DNA of 63,411 nucleotides, the filler included, from Octopus bimaculoides (taxonomy: Eukaryota): the NCBI RefSeq assembly GCF_001194135.2. It is 11 parts of 10 records of this genome, joined end to end, with 100 filler letters (N's around TTAATTAATTAA, not from the genome) between each part and the next. Parts side by side here need not be neighbours in the genome. Positions count along the whole stretch, not along the records: positions 22,157 to 30,373 come from NC_068983.1; positions 30,474 to 35,848 come from NC_069001.1; positions 35,949 to 40,114 come from NC_068983.1; positions 40,215 to 43,240 come from NC_068997.1; 7 more parts are not named here. One strand, written 5' to 3'. Of the stretch, positions 26,482 through 41,299 are shown piece after piece (within the stretch, counting starts at the first letter, position 1; every line of letters begins with the position of its first letter). Position numbers and translations under genes: made by a program. The notes under the pieces are model-generated. The model was given only the letters and a program-made list of their open reading frames with translations, did not search any database and was not told the DNA's origin.

Positions 26482-27408
26482 CAGGGATTAGCAATTGAGT
26501 TGCTTCTCCAACATACTGAAAATTTAGAAATAGCAGTCAAAGAACTACTGATTCCAAACTACAAATTTTTCTCTAAAGTGGATGGCGATATTTATGGCAC
26601 ACATAGAACAAAAAACCGGAGGGAAAAATATTTGGGCTGAAGATTGGAATAGTGAAATTTCCATTCACTTAACCNNNNNNNNNNNNNNNNNNNNNNNNNN
26701 NNNNNNNNNNNNNNNNNNNNNNNNNNNNNNNNNNNNNNNNNNNNNNNNNNNNNNNNNNNNNNNNNNNNNNNNNNNNNNNNNNNNNNNNNNNNNNNNNNNN
26801 NNNNNNNNNNNNNNNNNNNNNNNNNNNNNNNNNNNNNNNNNNNNNNNNNNNNNNNNNNNNNNNNNNNNNNNNNNNNNNNNNNNNNNNNNNNNNNNNNNNN
26901 NNNNNNNNNNNNNNNNNNNNNNNNNNNNNNNNNNNNNNNNNNNNNNNNNNNNNNNNNNNNNNNNNNNNNNNNNNNNNNNNNNNNNNNNNNNNNNNNNNNN
27001 NNNNNNNNNNNNNNNNNNNNNNNNNNNNNNNNNNNNNNNNNNNNNNNNNNNNNNNNNNNNNNNNNNNNNNNNNNNNNNNNNNNNNNNNNNNNNNNNNNNN
27101 NNNNNNNNNNNNNNNNNNNNNNNNNNNNNNNNNNNNNNNNNNNNNNNNNNNNNNNNNNNNNNNNNNNNNNNNNNNNNNNNNNNNNNNNNNNNNNNNNNNN
27201 NNNNNNNNNNNNNNNNNNNNNNNNNNNNNNNNNNNNNNNNNNNNNNNNNNNNNNNNNNNNNNNNNNNNNNNNNNNNNNNNNNNNNNNNNNNNNNNNNNNN
27301 NNNNNNNNNNNNNNNNNNNNNNNNNNNNNNNNNNNNNNNNNNNNNNNNNNNNNNNNNNNNNNNNNNNNNNTCAGTATGTTGGAGAAGCAACTCAATTGCT
27401 AATCCCTG
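26482..27408. mobile_element. TIR element spanning a gap
   Basis: Perfect ~38-bp inverted ends CAGGGATTAGCAATTGAGTTGCTTCTCCAACATACTGA; interior mostly N. Confidence 0.7.
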
Positions 27409-27523
27409 TATATTTATAATGATAAATAGTTTTACCGATAAAGGTTTTTTTCATACTGAACTACTTGGCAAAATTGTTAATTATTAATTCTATTATTAAT
27501 TGACGATTCTCTGCCCTTATTCT

Positions 27524-27554
<31 letters not shown>

Positions 27555-27558
<4 letters not shown>

Positions 27559-27720
27559 GAGAATTTACGAAAAAAACAACAGACGAAGACAGGTGGTGTA
27601 AACAACAAATGGATGTATTAGTTTAACGCTCGGGAATAGAGAAAGTCTTTGACGTTTCGAGCTACGCTCTTCAACTGGAAGGAACACAGAAAGAAATAAG
27701 GAGAGAAACAAGGAGAAAAA
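27555..27720 (-). mobile_element. Short PLE-like repeat (family E) with hammerhead-like motif
   Basis: Minus strand reads CCAGTTGA-A-GAGC-GTA-GCTC-GAAAC-GTC-AAAG; the element abuts (TA)n via ATGGG. Confidence 0.6.
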
Positions 27721-28640
27721 AATATAAATGTAGCCCATATTTAAATTCTTTTGCTATTGTTTTGTCAGAGGAGGTAGGTCAGAGCTAATAACCAATGTTC
27801 GTGGCCTCCGAGACTGGTATACAGAAGACAGGAAGTTATCTGCGTTCTGGTTCTAATGAAATCCTGGCTCTAATGCATGAGTACAAATGGAATCCCAACA
27901 ACTTTGGGTGTGGTTAAATCAGAACACTGTTTAAGTCAATCATTGATAAGTAAGTATGATTCCTCAGACGGTCTTCTACAATTTCCGTCTATTTACCCTT
28001 AAAATTTTTGGTCGACTAAAAGCTATGATAGAACAAAAATAAAACAAACAAAAAACAAAATCAGAAAAAGAAAAACGCTTGATTAAATTATTAGTCTGCG
28101 TGACTGAACCCAAAACCACATAGATATAACTCGAACTTCTTAACCGCAAAGCCATGTTTGCGGCCAATGCTTTCGAAGTACTGAAGGTGACTGTGTTGGT
28201 AGTGTTGGTGTTGGTATAAAAGCATATGGTGTTTGTTCGTTATAGCATTGCTGATGGTGGTACTGCTGAAACAAACAAAACAAAAACAAAAGAAGTTACG
28301 TCAGATGTGGTTGTTATAGAGGTAGTACTGGCTCTCTAACAGTTACTCATATTCAAAGAGAAATCGAAGAACTGATTGCATCTTTCGTTTCACTAGTTAC
28401 GGTGAATAAATATTTCTGGTAATTACTACAGCTTGGCAATATAAGTAGATTTGTTACTGCACTAAAGTGACCTCTACAAGTAATCTGGAGCAACGTGGAG
28501 ATTGGAGAATGTTATATAATTCCAGCTGTTGCAACATACATGTGCGTGTGAGAATATGGGAATAGAAACATAAGTATGTAGTGAGATCAACTTGCACACT
28601 CATTCGCTACTCTTTCCCTCACATACACACACACACACAG

Positions 28641-28671
<31 letters not shown>

Positions 28672-29625
28672 CACACACACACACACACACGCACACACAC
28701 ACACACAGAGGTATGTATGTATATATATCATATAATAAATAATATTATATATACACATGCATAGTATCCATACATACATACATACTTATATGNNNNNNNN
28801 NNNNNNNNNNNNNNNNNNNNNNNNNNNNNNNNNNNNNNNNNNNNNNNNNNNNNNNNNNNNNNNNNNNNNNNNNNNNNNNNNNNNNNNNNNNNNNNNNNNN
28901 NNNNNNNNNNNNNNNNNNNNNNNNNNNNNNNNNNNNNNNNNNNNNNNNNNNNNNNNNNNNNNNNNNNNNNNNNNNNNNNNNNNNNNNNNNNNNNNNNNNN
29001 NNNNNNNNNNNNNNNNNNNNNNNNNNNNNNNNNNNNNNNNNNNNNNNNNNNNNNNNNNNNNNNNNNNNNNNNNNNNNNNNNNNNNNNNNNNNNNNNNNNN
29101 NNNNNNNNNNNNNNNNNNNNNNNNNNNNNNNNNNNNNNNNNNNNNNNNNNNNNNNNNNNNNNNNNNNNNNNNNNNNNNNNNNNNNNNNNNNNNNNNNNNN
29201 NNNNNNNNNNNNNNNNNNNNNNNNNNNNNNNNNNNNNNNNNNNNNNNNNNNNNNNNNNNNNNNNNNNNNNNNNNNNNNNNNNNNNNNNNNNNNNNNNNNN
29301 NNNNNNNNNNNNNNNNNNNNNNNNNNNNNNNNNNNNNNNNNNNNNNNNNNNNNNNNNNNNNNNNNNNNNNNNNNNNNNNNNNNNNNNNNNNNNNNNNNNN
29401 NNNNNNNNNNNNNNNNNNNNNNNNNNNNNNNNNNNNNNNNNNNNNNNNNNNNNNNNNNNNNNNNNNNNNNNNNNNNNNNNNNNNNNNNNNNNNNNNNNNN
29501 NNNNNNNNNNNNNNNNNNNNNNNNNNNNNNNNNNNNNNNNNNNNNNNNNNNNNNNNNNNNNNNNNNNNNNNNNNNNNNNNNNNNNNNNNNNNNNNNNNNN
29601 NNNNNNNNNNNNNNNNNNNNNNNNN

Positions 29626-29681
<56 letters not shown>

Positions 29682-29913
29682 GCATATAGTATTGATATTT
29701 GGGTGTGTGCATGTGTGTGTGTGCGTGTGTATATAGCCATATGCATGGTTATGTATTGTATGAAATTGAGTGCATAAAGATATATATATATGCTAATATT
29801 TGCAGTTGTGCATTTGTGTGAATGTGTGCACAACTGTATACATACATATATGTGATTCAGTTCAATGCAAATTAAAAGAATACACATTTTGATTACAACA
29901 ATATTGATATACA

Positions 29914-29955
<42 letters not shown>

Positions 29956-30140
29956 AGTCCATATATTTACACAAATTCTGTATATAGATATATGTGTGTG
30001 GATGTGCGTATATTTTGATGTAAGTAAATGAACAAATGCAAAACCTTTCACCAATAGTAGTAGGAAAAATATTTGCTCATTAGGACAATAGTTGGTATAA
30101 TTCAATGGAATTATATATGAAAAATATACTACTGCTACTG

Positions 30141-30204
<64 letters not shown>

Positions 30205-31061
30205 CTACAATATACCTATATATATAAACAAACGGCTGCAGACACACACATATATGCATATATGTATATCTATTTATGCTTGTATTTCTGTTTGACTATA
30301 GAGAATACATGCATATGCATGTATATATGTACACACACACACAAAGGTTTAGATGCATATATATATATATATANNNNNNNNNNNNNNNNNNNNNNNNNNN
30401 NNNNNNNNNNNNNNNNNTTAATTAATTAANNNNNNNNNNNNNNNNNNNNNNNNNNNNNNNNNNNNNNNNNNNNATATACATTTACACATATGGGTACGTT
30501 TTTTGTATATGTGTGTACGTGTTCGCGGAAATATATTATTTGCAGATAATTAATTAATCATTTGTCCAATTAATTATTCGATGCTTACTTCTCTGCAGTA
30601 TTGTTATATTCTTTTATTACATTGCATTGTCTTTTTTAGGTTTATTTTTTTATTACCATCAAATCTTTTGCTTTTTTTGCTTTTTTTTTTTTATCACACT
30701 TCTGTGAAAAGCGAAGCTATAGAGTAAAGGTCAGTAATGTGAACAGGTCAACGTAGGCGGGACCAAAATTTTAGACGGGGTTAATTTCAAAGAGTGCAAG
30801 AAATAAGTATACGTATATACTTATATAAATATAATCATATATATATATATGTGTGTGTGTGAGTCTGTGCGTATGTAAAAGAGTAAAGAGTAAAGATATC
30901 TACATATGTATATGCATATCTACATAAACCATCATACGTATGTGTTAGTGTGTGCGTGAGTGCACGTGAGTGTGTTTGTGTCTATGTCTGTGTGTGTCCG
31001 TGTGTCTGTGCGTGTCTATTTCTTATTAATAACCGGCAGAAGTTACATAGTTACTCAAAAG

Positions 31062-31490
31062 ACGGTGGGCTGACAAAAACGTTAGGACGCCGGGCGAAAT
31101 GCATAGCGATATTTCGTCTGCCGTTACGTTCTGAGTTCAAATTCCGTCGAGGTCGACTTTGCCTTTCATCCTTTCGGGGTCGATTAAATAAGTACCAGTT
31201 ACACACTGGGGTTGATATAATCGACTTAATCCGTTTGTCTGTCCTTGCTTGTCGCCTCTGTGCGCAACCCCTTGTGGGCAGTAACGAAATAAGAAACGTT
31301 AGCACACCGCGTAAAATACTTAGCGGTATTTTGTCTGCTGCTACGTTGTAAGTTCAAATTCCGCCGAGGTCAGCTTTGCCTTTCATCCTTTCGGGGTCGA
31401 TAAATTAAGTACCAGTTACGTACTGAGGTCGATCTAATCGACAGGCCGCACACCCAAAAAATTGCAGGCCTTGTGACTAGAGTAGAAAAT
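31062..31490 (+). mobile_element. Dimeric SINE family B
   Basis: Two consecutive AAACGTTAG.AC.CCG...GAGTTCAAATTCCG..GAGGTC units. Confidence 0.8.
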
Positions 31491-31533
31491 ATATAGTGAC
31501 TCAAATTTCCGCGCATTGGAACTTATCCCGTGC

Positions 31534-31600
<67 letters not shown>

Positions 31601-31824
31601 CAACCTAAAAATATACATAAATACACACATGTCCCCCACCACACACACATACACACACGCACAAACTCACATATTAATCCTGTGCATTATCTTTGTTGCT
31701 GTGACTGCACTTTTACCTTTTGATTCTTTCTATCTATCTATTTCTCCATCTACCTTTTTATCCACCTATCTATTTTACTTGCATTCGTTCCATTTATCAA
31801 TTTATCTGCCTGTCTGTCTGTTTC

Positions 31825-31893
<69 letters not shown>

Positions 31894-32246
31894 GTTCTGT
31901 TATAATGTTTTTTTTTTCTTTCAATTACTTTCGTTACGTTATATTTCTCTCTCTTCCTTAGAAGTAAAAATAACTGGTTAATTCCCTATTGCAATTTCGA
32001 CGTTAGGGACCTCTTAAGCGATCCATTCGTCTCGTTAAGGGAAATATTTCTATAGATAGGAATCAACAGAAGACTTTACCTTGGGGCTAGCATGAATCCC
32101 GACAGGCAAGAGAAATGTTTCAACCTCTATCTACGCATTCAAGTTTTGAACTCAAATGCCATGCACAGCGTTTATGTAAAAAGAACGGTAACTTCGAGCC
32201 ACGGCAAAATCACCGGATATGAGTTGGAAAAAATTAAATATAAATA

Positions 32247-32452
32247 ATATGAGAGATCACTATGTGGATCCCTTGTATGCTAACAATAGACGTCAAACCG
32301 TCTTACCATTAAATCTGTGCTCTCAACTTAGTAAGGCGCAAGATGCTTACGAGCTTGACAAATGAAAAGAAATAAACAGCACAGATTTAGTGGGAAGATG
32401 GTTTGACGTCTATTTTTAACACACAAGGACTCCAATAAGTGATTTCTCATAT
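32247..32452. mobile_element. MITE with ~75-bp TIRs
   Basis: ATATGAGAGATCAC...AATAGACGTCAAACCGTCTTACCATTAAATCTGTGCT mirrored at 32378-32452. Confidence 0.8.
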
Positions 32453-32674
32453 TGCTTATATTTAAATAGGTATGATAACCACTGGTTGAAATTGATATTA
32501 TTTAATAATATTGCTTAATAATATTAATTTCTATTCTTATTATTTAAAAAATTAAATAATTGGAACGTAATGGAGGATATATTATAGATAATGAAGATTA
32601 TTTATGAATATATCAATGGCCAAAGATGTTATCATAAAATACATAGAAGGACGTTTATAATTATTTTTAACATG

Positions 32675-33003
32675 TAAGAGTGGTAAGTAGCCTGTTTACG
32701 AACCACATGCTTCCGGGTTCAGTCCCACTGCGTGGCACCTAGGGCAAGTGTCTTCTGCTATAGTCTCGGGCCGACCAAAGCCTTGTGAGTGGATTTGGTA
32801 GACGGAAACTGAAAGAATCCCGTCGTATATATGTATATATATATATATCTATGTGTGTGTGTATATGTGTGTGTGTCTGTGTTTGTCCCCCCCCCCCGTA
32901 TTTGTGTTTACGTCCCCGTATCTTAGCGTTTCGGCAAAAAGAGGCCGACAGAATACAAAGATAAAGTCCTGGAGCCGATTTGTTGCTCGACTAAAGCGGT
33001 GGT
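32675..33003 (+). mobile_element. SINE family A
   Basis: CCACATGCTTCCGGGTTCAGTCCCACTGCGTGGCACC...GACTAAAGCGGTG; cut by a gap. Confidence 0.85.
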
Positions 33004-34534
33004 NNNNNNNNNNNNNNNNNNNNNNNNNNNNNNNNNNNNNNNNNNNNNNNNNNNNNNNNNNNNNNNNNNNNNNNNNNNNNNNNNNNNNNNNNNNNNNNNN
33101 NNNNNNNNNNNNNNNNNNNNNNNNNAGTAAGAGTATGTAAGGGTTTTCGAAACCCGCTTAGTTAAAATTGTGACTTGTTCATACATATATTCATAAATGC
33201 TTACACAATTATACACCTACGTACATACATACATATATGCAATAGAAGGACAGGCGTGTATATAGATACGTATATACAATGCACTTATATATACACATCC
33301 ATATATGTATATTCATGATATACACTATCATGCATACACACACATTTTCACACACTTCACATACTTTCACACATCCACTCAAACATTCGCATATACAGAA
33401 ACCAAGACACACAGACACACAAGCTCTCTCTCTCTCTCCCTCCATCACTCTTTCTCGCTCTTCCTTTTATTTCTCTCACTCTCTCTTTCTCTCTCACACA
33501 CGCACACACTTCCACGCACTCACACACTTTTACACAAGTCTAGACACACATAGATACAAAGAAATATTTACATATTCAAACACACAGACACACACACCAA
33601 CACGTCCACGAAGATATACTTTGTCGTATATACCCTCGCTCTCTTTCTCTCTCTCTCTCTCTCTTCCTCCCTCCCTCTCCCTCTCTCCCCCCTCTCTCTC
33701 TCTTCCTCCCTCCCTCCCTCTCCCTCTCTCCCCCTCTCTCTCTCTAGCATGCACACACATGCACACACATGCACACACATGTCCATGCGCACACTCACCC
33801 ACCTAGAGTTCAGATCCATCTTTGACATTTCAATATTCGGCTGGACAAGAGACTTAATTCCTTCTCTGTCTCTTTTGCCTCCAAATATCGGAAGTACGAA
33901 CCAGATCAAAGGTTGTAGATCAACAGATTAAAGATCAAAGAGCTATCGATCACATATTGATAGATGCTATGGATCAATAATGGTCAAGCAATTTATAATT
34001 GATCGCAACTAAATGCACAACAGATGATTTATTTAGATGCGTGTCTCTATTCTTCTTCTTCTTCCATTTCTTCTTCGCCTTCTTTTTCTTCTTCTTCTTC
34101 TACTACTACTACTACTACTACCTTTTCTTTTTCTTCTTGTTCTTCTTCTTCTTGTTCTTTTTCTTCTTCTCCTTCTTCTTCTACTACTACTACTAGTACT
34201 ACTACTACTACTACTTTTTCTTCTTGTTCTTCTTTGTCTGCTGTTGCTTCTACAGCAACACCTACAACTACGACTACTACTACTACTACTACTGCTACTA
34301 TCACTGCCACTACTACCACTACAACTACTACACCTCCTCCTGCTGCTACTAATACCACTACAACATTAAATTTTATTCATTATCATCGGCTTTATATTCT
34401 TCTTTTTCTCTTTATATATTTAGCTTTATCTTTTTCTTCTTCTTGTCATTGTTAATATCATTGTTATTTTCATTATTATTATTACTATTAAGTCCTGCTA
34501 TGACCATATGCAGGTACAATTACGCCTTCACTCT

Positions 34535-34564
<30 letters not shown>

Positions 34565-34565
<1 letters not shown>

Positions 34566-34770
34566 GCTTCAAATTTTGCCACAGGAGCAGCCGTTTTGAG
34601 AGAGGGGATGATTCGATTACGTCGACACCAGTACTCAACTGGTACTTAATTTATTGACACCGAAAGGCAAAAATCGACGTCGGCGGAATTTGAACACAGA
34701 ACGTAGCGACGGGTGAAATAGTGCAAAACATTTCGTCCAGCGCGCTAACGATACTACCAGCACGCCAGCC
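34565..34770 (-). mobile_element. SINE family B
   Basis: Reverse complement of the family B head and body with an (ATA)n tail. Confidence 0.75.
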
Positions 34771-35628
34771 TCGTCTCACTCTTTGTCACGCTGAATCTCT
34801 GCGAGAACTACGTTAAAGTTACACGTGCCTGTGGAGTGCTCAGCCAAGCGGTGGTGAGAAGCAAACACAAAGCACAAACGCACAGACACATGTGTTCGGT
34901 CCTATTGTGTTGCACCTATATATAGCAGGAGACACTTGCCCAAGATGCCACCTAATAAGACTAAACCCGGAACCATGTTGTTAGCAAGCAAACTTCTTAC
35001 CACACAGTGACACTTAAGCTACATGATACGATTGTCAAATTCGTTAGGGCCTCGGAAAATATCCTTTGTTATATTTCTTATGGAATTTTAAGATGTTAGT
35101 TCAAATCTTACTAAGGAACGTATCCTCCCCGTTCTCCTACAGCTGATACAATATATTGCTTCCAAATGTCTGCACAAGCACAGCGAGCTCGTGGGAGGAG
35201 TTAAATAGTCTTAAATTTTATCGAACCCGAAAGAATGAAAAACAAAGTCGACCACGGCGGAATTTGAACTCAGATCGTAAACACTTACGGAATGCTGCTG
35301 AGCACTTTACCCGCCGTCTTCGAGTAAAAGAATACATTACCAGCCAAATATTCTGCAATTTTACGCAACAGCCGATCTTTAGCAATAGGATAACTATGTA
35401 CAAGACATAATTATTCAGCCCATTTTTCAATAAATTTATACACGTGAATAGCATTTCTCTATGGAAAGGGAAAACAGTAAACTAGATAAATATGCAATGG
35501 GAAGAACAAATGTTTAGTATACGAGAGTTCACTCTCACAAAGAAGGAGAGAAAACAAACTGAATATAGGTTAGTCAAAGAGGCTATTTCAACTTTAACCT
35601 GTATTATATATGTATGTATGTATGTGCG

Positions 35629-35679
<51 letters not shown>

Positions 35680-35948
35680 ATATATATATATATGCATGTA
35701 TATATATATATTGATTCAATTATGAATGTCTCCAAGAAACCTGTAGAGGTCAGAAGTTACGACGCTTAATTCGAACAACTCGGTGTTTAGGAGATAAAAG
35801 ATAAATACCACAAAGACACAGACGCATATAGATATATAGATATATATGNNNNNNNNNNNNNNNNNNNNNNNNNNNNNNNNNNNNNNNNNNNNTTAATTAA
35901 TTAANNNNNNNNNNNNNNNNNNNNNNNNNNNNNNNNNNNNNNNNNNNN

Positions 35949-35995
<47 letters not shown>

Positions 35996-36515
35996 GCACA
36001 TACACCTGCTCTCCCTCTTTCTTGTTTTTTTTTCTCACAATATAGTCTCAGCCTTATCTCTTGCCCCAGTCTCTTGTTTTGTTCCTTTCCCACATCTCCC
36101 CATCCCCATCCCAACCCCACTCTTTCTCTCTCTCTCTCTCTCTCCCTCTCTCCCACTTTTCCTCCATCTCAAACCCCCACATGTCTCTCTTACATAATTT
36201 TACTCCTTTTTCCTCCTACAACCACACTTTCATCTCTACCGTCCCACTGTACGAATCACTTCATCTCTGCATTGCTGCATTTCTGTCGGTCTTTTATACA
36301 CATTCTAGGTTCAAACTCCGCCGAGGTCGGCTGTGGTTTTCATCTTTTCGAAAGTCGATAAAATAGGTACCAGTTTAACACTGGTACCAATGAAATCGAC
36401 AGGCAGCCTCCTGCAAAATTTCAGGCTTTATGCCTATAGTACAATTTAAGAAAAAAATTTAAATCCTCATCTCACCACACTGTTTCGTTATCGCTCCACC
36501 TCGATCACTCTCCTG

Positions 36516-36613
36516 TTGTCTTACCCTTCCTCTCTCTCTGTCTTTCTCTCTCTCTCTTTCTCTCATTCTCTGTCTTTCTCTCTCTTTGTCTTTCTCTCTC
36601 TCTGTGTCTTTCT

Positions 36614-36649
<36 letters not shown>

Positions 36650-36674
36650 GTCTTTGTCTCTCTCTCTGTCTTTG

Positions 36675-36727
<53 letters not shown>

Positions 36728-36771
36728 GTCTTTCTCTCCCATCTCTCTCTTTCTCTCTCTGTCTGTCTCTC

Positions 36772-36802
<31 letters not shown>

Positions 36803-37213
36803 TCCCCCCTCTCTCTCTCTCTTTCTCCCACTCAAACACACACGCACTCCCTCTCTCTCCCTCTATATCCTTCACTTCTTTATTCGATCCCTCTCCCGCG
36901 CTTTCCCACAACTTCTCTCCACCAATACTACCCTATCAATTTCTCACTCCCTCATTCCCAGCCTCTCAATCTTTCTGTCTCTCTTTCTCTCTTACACCAA
37001 TTCCATTATCCTTCACTCTCTAACTCTCCCCTCTATCTCCCTCACACCACCCAATCTCTCTCTCTTCCTTACTCACTGTCTTCTTTCACCTCTTATTTTC
37101 TTCCTTATTCTTTCCCCTCACCTCACTCATCTATTCCCTATTCTTTCACAGTTCCAATCTTTCCCACTTCACCCCTCACACTTTCTATTTCCTGACACAT
37201 GCCCCCCCCCCAC

Positions 37214-37253
<40 letters not shown>

Positions 37254-37256
37254 CTA

Positions 37257-37328
<72 letters not shown>

Positions 37329-37330
37329 AA
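36516..37330. repeat. Long CT-rich low-complexity tract with (CT)n, (TATC)n and (TGTC)n
   Basis: Read directly; explains the spurious SL/RE-rich ORFs. Confidence 0.9.
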
Positions 37331-38209
37331 TCCTTCTGCTTCCCCTCCTCTCACACACTCTCTCACACTCTCACTCACTCTCACCAATCTCTCATTTCTT
37401 TACTCACACTCTTCCCCTACATCATATTCTATGACACAAACATTAATTCTCCTCCAACTCCCTCATCATCGTCGGCAAACCTTCACATCCGCGCACATGC
37501 ACCACACACAAAAACACTCTCTTTCTCTGTCTCTCCACACACCTCATTTCCACACCATGTTATCCTGCCACCAGGCTATGTTAAGATTAAATAGTGGATA
37601 TGTCACTACAGTAAGACTGCAGTAGCTTACATATGTAGTTACTTCCACTTGCCTGCACTATAATATCTCTAACAACTTCTATAGTGTAACCTTTCTTCAA
37701 ATATCGCGCGAACACACATGCACACACACGCGCACAACATTCTCTCTCTCTCTCTCTCTGTTCTTCGATTGTTTCCTCGTCACTTCTATATCTTTCTCAT
37801 TTATTTTTCTTTTATGCCTGTTTAACTCTTTCCGTACACACACAGAGGCACACATACGCACACACATGCACATGCACATATACATTTATATGTATATTAC
37901 CAAATTTCTTTCTCTCTCTGTGCCTCTCTTTCACACATTATCATAAAAAGTGATGTACGTGTGTGTATGTGTGTATATGTGTGTATGTGTGTATGCATGT
38001 GCATTTGTGAATACATCTTCTTTGGAACTGTGGATCTCGGAGCATATAAAGCTACAAATAATAGCATATAAATATTTGTCTGAAAAAACCCTTGTGGATA
38101 GAAAAGTCGAAGGATGAACGTGGAACAGGAAACTATGTCTGCAGTAGACAAATTCACTGCGGTATATGTCTTGAGACAACATCTCTTATAGACGTGCTAT
38201 ACATATACA

Positions 38210-38287
<78 letters not shown>

Positions 38288-39142
38288 NNNNNNNNNNNNN
38301 NNNNNNNNNNNNNNNNNNNNNNNNNNNNNNNNNNNNNNNNNNNNNNNNNNNNNNNNNNNNNNNNNNNNNNNNNNNNNNNNNNNNNNNNNNNNNNNNNNNN
38401 NNNNNNNNNNNNNNNNNNNNNNNNNNNNNNNNNNNNNNNNNNNNNNNNNNNNNNNNNNNNNNNNNNNNNNNNNNNNNNNNNNNNNNNNNNNNNNNNNNNN
38501 NNNNNNNNNNNNNNNNNNNNNNNNNNNNNNNNNNNNNNNNNNNNNNNNNNNNNNNNNNNNNNNNNNNNNNNNNNNNNNNNNNNNNNNNNNNNNNNNNNNN
38601 NNNNNNNNNNNNNNNNNNNNNNNNNNNNNNNNNNNNNNNNNNNNNNNNNNNNNNNNNNNNNNNNNNNNNNNNNNNNNNNNNNNNNNNNNNNNNNNNNNNN
38701 NNNNNNNNNNNNNNNNNNNNNNNNNNNNNNNNNNNNNNNNNNNNNNNNNNNNNNNNNNNNNNNNNNNNNNNNNNNNNNNNNNNNNNNNNNNNNNNNNNNN
38801 NNNNNNNNNNNNNNNNNNNNNNNNNNNNNNNNNNNNNNNNNNNNNNNNNNNNNNNNNNNNNNNNNNNNNNNNNNNNNNNNNNNNNNNNNNNNNNNNNNNN
38901 NNNNNNNNNNNNNNNNNNNNNNNNNNNNNNNNNNNNNNNNNNNNNNNNNNNNNNNNNNNNNNNNNNNNNNNNNNNNNNNNNNNNNNNNNNNNNNNNNNNN
39001 NNNNNNNNNNNNNNNNNNNNNNNNNNNNNNNNNNNNNNNNNNNNNNNNNNNNNNNNNNNNNNNNNNNNNNNNNNNNNNNNNNNNNNNNNNNNNNNNNNNN
39101 NNNNNNNNNNNNNNNNNNNNNNNNNNNNNNNNNNNNNNNNNN

Positions 39143-39194
<52 letters not shown>

Positions 39195-39819
39195 ACACTC
39201 ACAACATATATATAGGTATATATATAATTTATTAATAAGGGTAGAAATTGATATTAATCAATTAAAACCAGTATGTATATATCCGATCCAAGTCTAGGGA
39301 GTTTGTAAGTGTCAAGCAGTAAGCGACTCGTACAGGAAACAGAAAGTGGAAAGTATACGTTAATAAACAATGTCAATGAAGTAAAATCTACGCTACATTG
39401 TTATAAGTTCTTATCGTATATTGTCTACTTTTGTGCTCTACGCCAGCCACTTATGGTCCAAAAAAAATTCCTTTACTCGAATCCCCAGATAGTATTTATA
39501 CATAAACACACACACGCACACATCCCCACCCACACCCACACACACGTATATATATATATATATAAAAATTAATAAATGAGTATATGCATATATACGTACA
39601 AGTATGTGCATACCTACATCTACCTGTATATATAGGTGCATATCTGAGTACAGGATGTTGCAAACAAAACGTAGACAAAAAAAATAATAATAACCAGAGT
39701 ACAGAAAACACACAGGCCACGTAGAGAAAATTTTCCTTCATATATATATTTATGTACATACATACATGCATATATATATATATGTATATTTTTTCATTCT
39801 CTTAATCTTTTAATCTTTT

Positions 39820-40100
39820 ACATGTTTCAGTCATTTGAGTGCGCCCATGCTAGAGCACCATCTTAAAGGGTTTTATTCAAAGAAATCGACCCCAGGACTT
39901 CTTTATACGCCTAATGCTTATTCTATCGGGCGGCATAAACATCTCGCCATCGGTTGTCAGGTGATAGCGGGGAGACAAATACAGATACACACACTAAACA
40001 TATACATATGTATATACACACATATATATACACACACACATATGGTGGTGTTGATGGAGCAAACACAGAAACAAAGATACACACACACACTTTTATATAT
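39820..40100 (-). mobile_element. SINE family A, 3' half
   Basis: TGTTTCAGTCATTTGA..GCG.CCATGCTAGAGCACC...ATCGACCCCAGGACTT. Confidence 0.75.
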
Positions 40101-40215
40101 ATATATATATATATNNNNNNNNNNNNNNNNNNNNNNNNNNNNNNNNNNNNNNNNNNNNTTAATTAATTAANNNNNNNNNNNNNNNNNNNNNNNNNNNNNN
40201 NNNNNNNNNNNNNNG

Positions 40216-40291
<76 letters not shown>

Positions 40292-40471
40292 GTGTAGGAG
40301 GTAATTGAATGGATGGACAGATAAAAGTCCATAATTAAAACTATATACCGGTCGGATGACTTTATCTGAGAACTTATAATATTAACGCTTCAGAGATTTA
40401 TCTTTCTTCAAGAGAAATTAACTAGAAACTTTTAATTGTAAGGCTTGTGAAGGAGAACAAATGCGTGTGCT

Positions 40472-40507
<36 letters not shown>

Positions 40508-40995
40508 TCTGTTTGTCCCCCCAACATCGCTTGACAACCGATACCGGTGTGTTTACGTCCCCGTAACTAAGCGGTTCGGCAAAACAGACCGATAGAATAA
40601 GGACTAGGCTTACAAAGAATAAGNNNNNNNNNNNNNNNNNNNNNNNNNNNNNNNNNNNNNNNNNNNNNNNNNNNGAAACAAATATAAATCAATACATTAA
40701 ATATAAATATACAGATTAACAACAACAAAAAACAGCAACAAGAACAACAACAGCAGCAGCAAATTGTGCAAACAAATACAAATATTTTGTTTTTCTGACG
40801 ACTACCATGTTCCAACAGTGAGTGGTGGTGGTGGTCGTGGTTGGGGTATAGTGGTGGTGATGATGGTGGTGGTGTCGGGGCCGATGTCGAAATCAAAGCT
40901 GTTGTTTATGGTGTTGTTGATGGTGGCGATGTTGGTGGTGGTGGCATTAGAGTTTGTGGAGATGGTTGATGGCAGTATCTGAAGCTGTTGGCATG

Positions 40996-41059
<64 letters not shown>

Positions 41060-41299
41060 CAGTAGTAGTAGTAGTTAATGGTGATTAGTTGTTGTTGTCG
41101 ATGGTGGATTAGTAGCTGCGACCATGTTGTTTACTTCTGATGATGTTTATAGCAAAATGAACGACCGTACAGAGCAGTCTGCGGCCCGCGGGACTTTTTA
41201 AAAGGCATGCACGCCAATGAGAATATTTACCGTGAGTATATTTTAGTAGTGCGGCCCCTGCCTGATGATGAGCCACCTCTCATGTGACCCGCTTTTCGA

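Noticed and set aside
36516-37625. 369-aa ORF as a membrane or mucin protein
   Set aside because: It is a CT-rich low-complexity tract that stays open only because it lacks stop codons.
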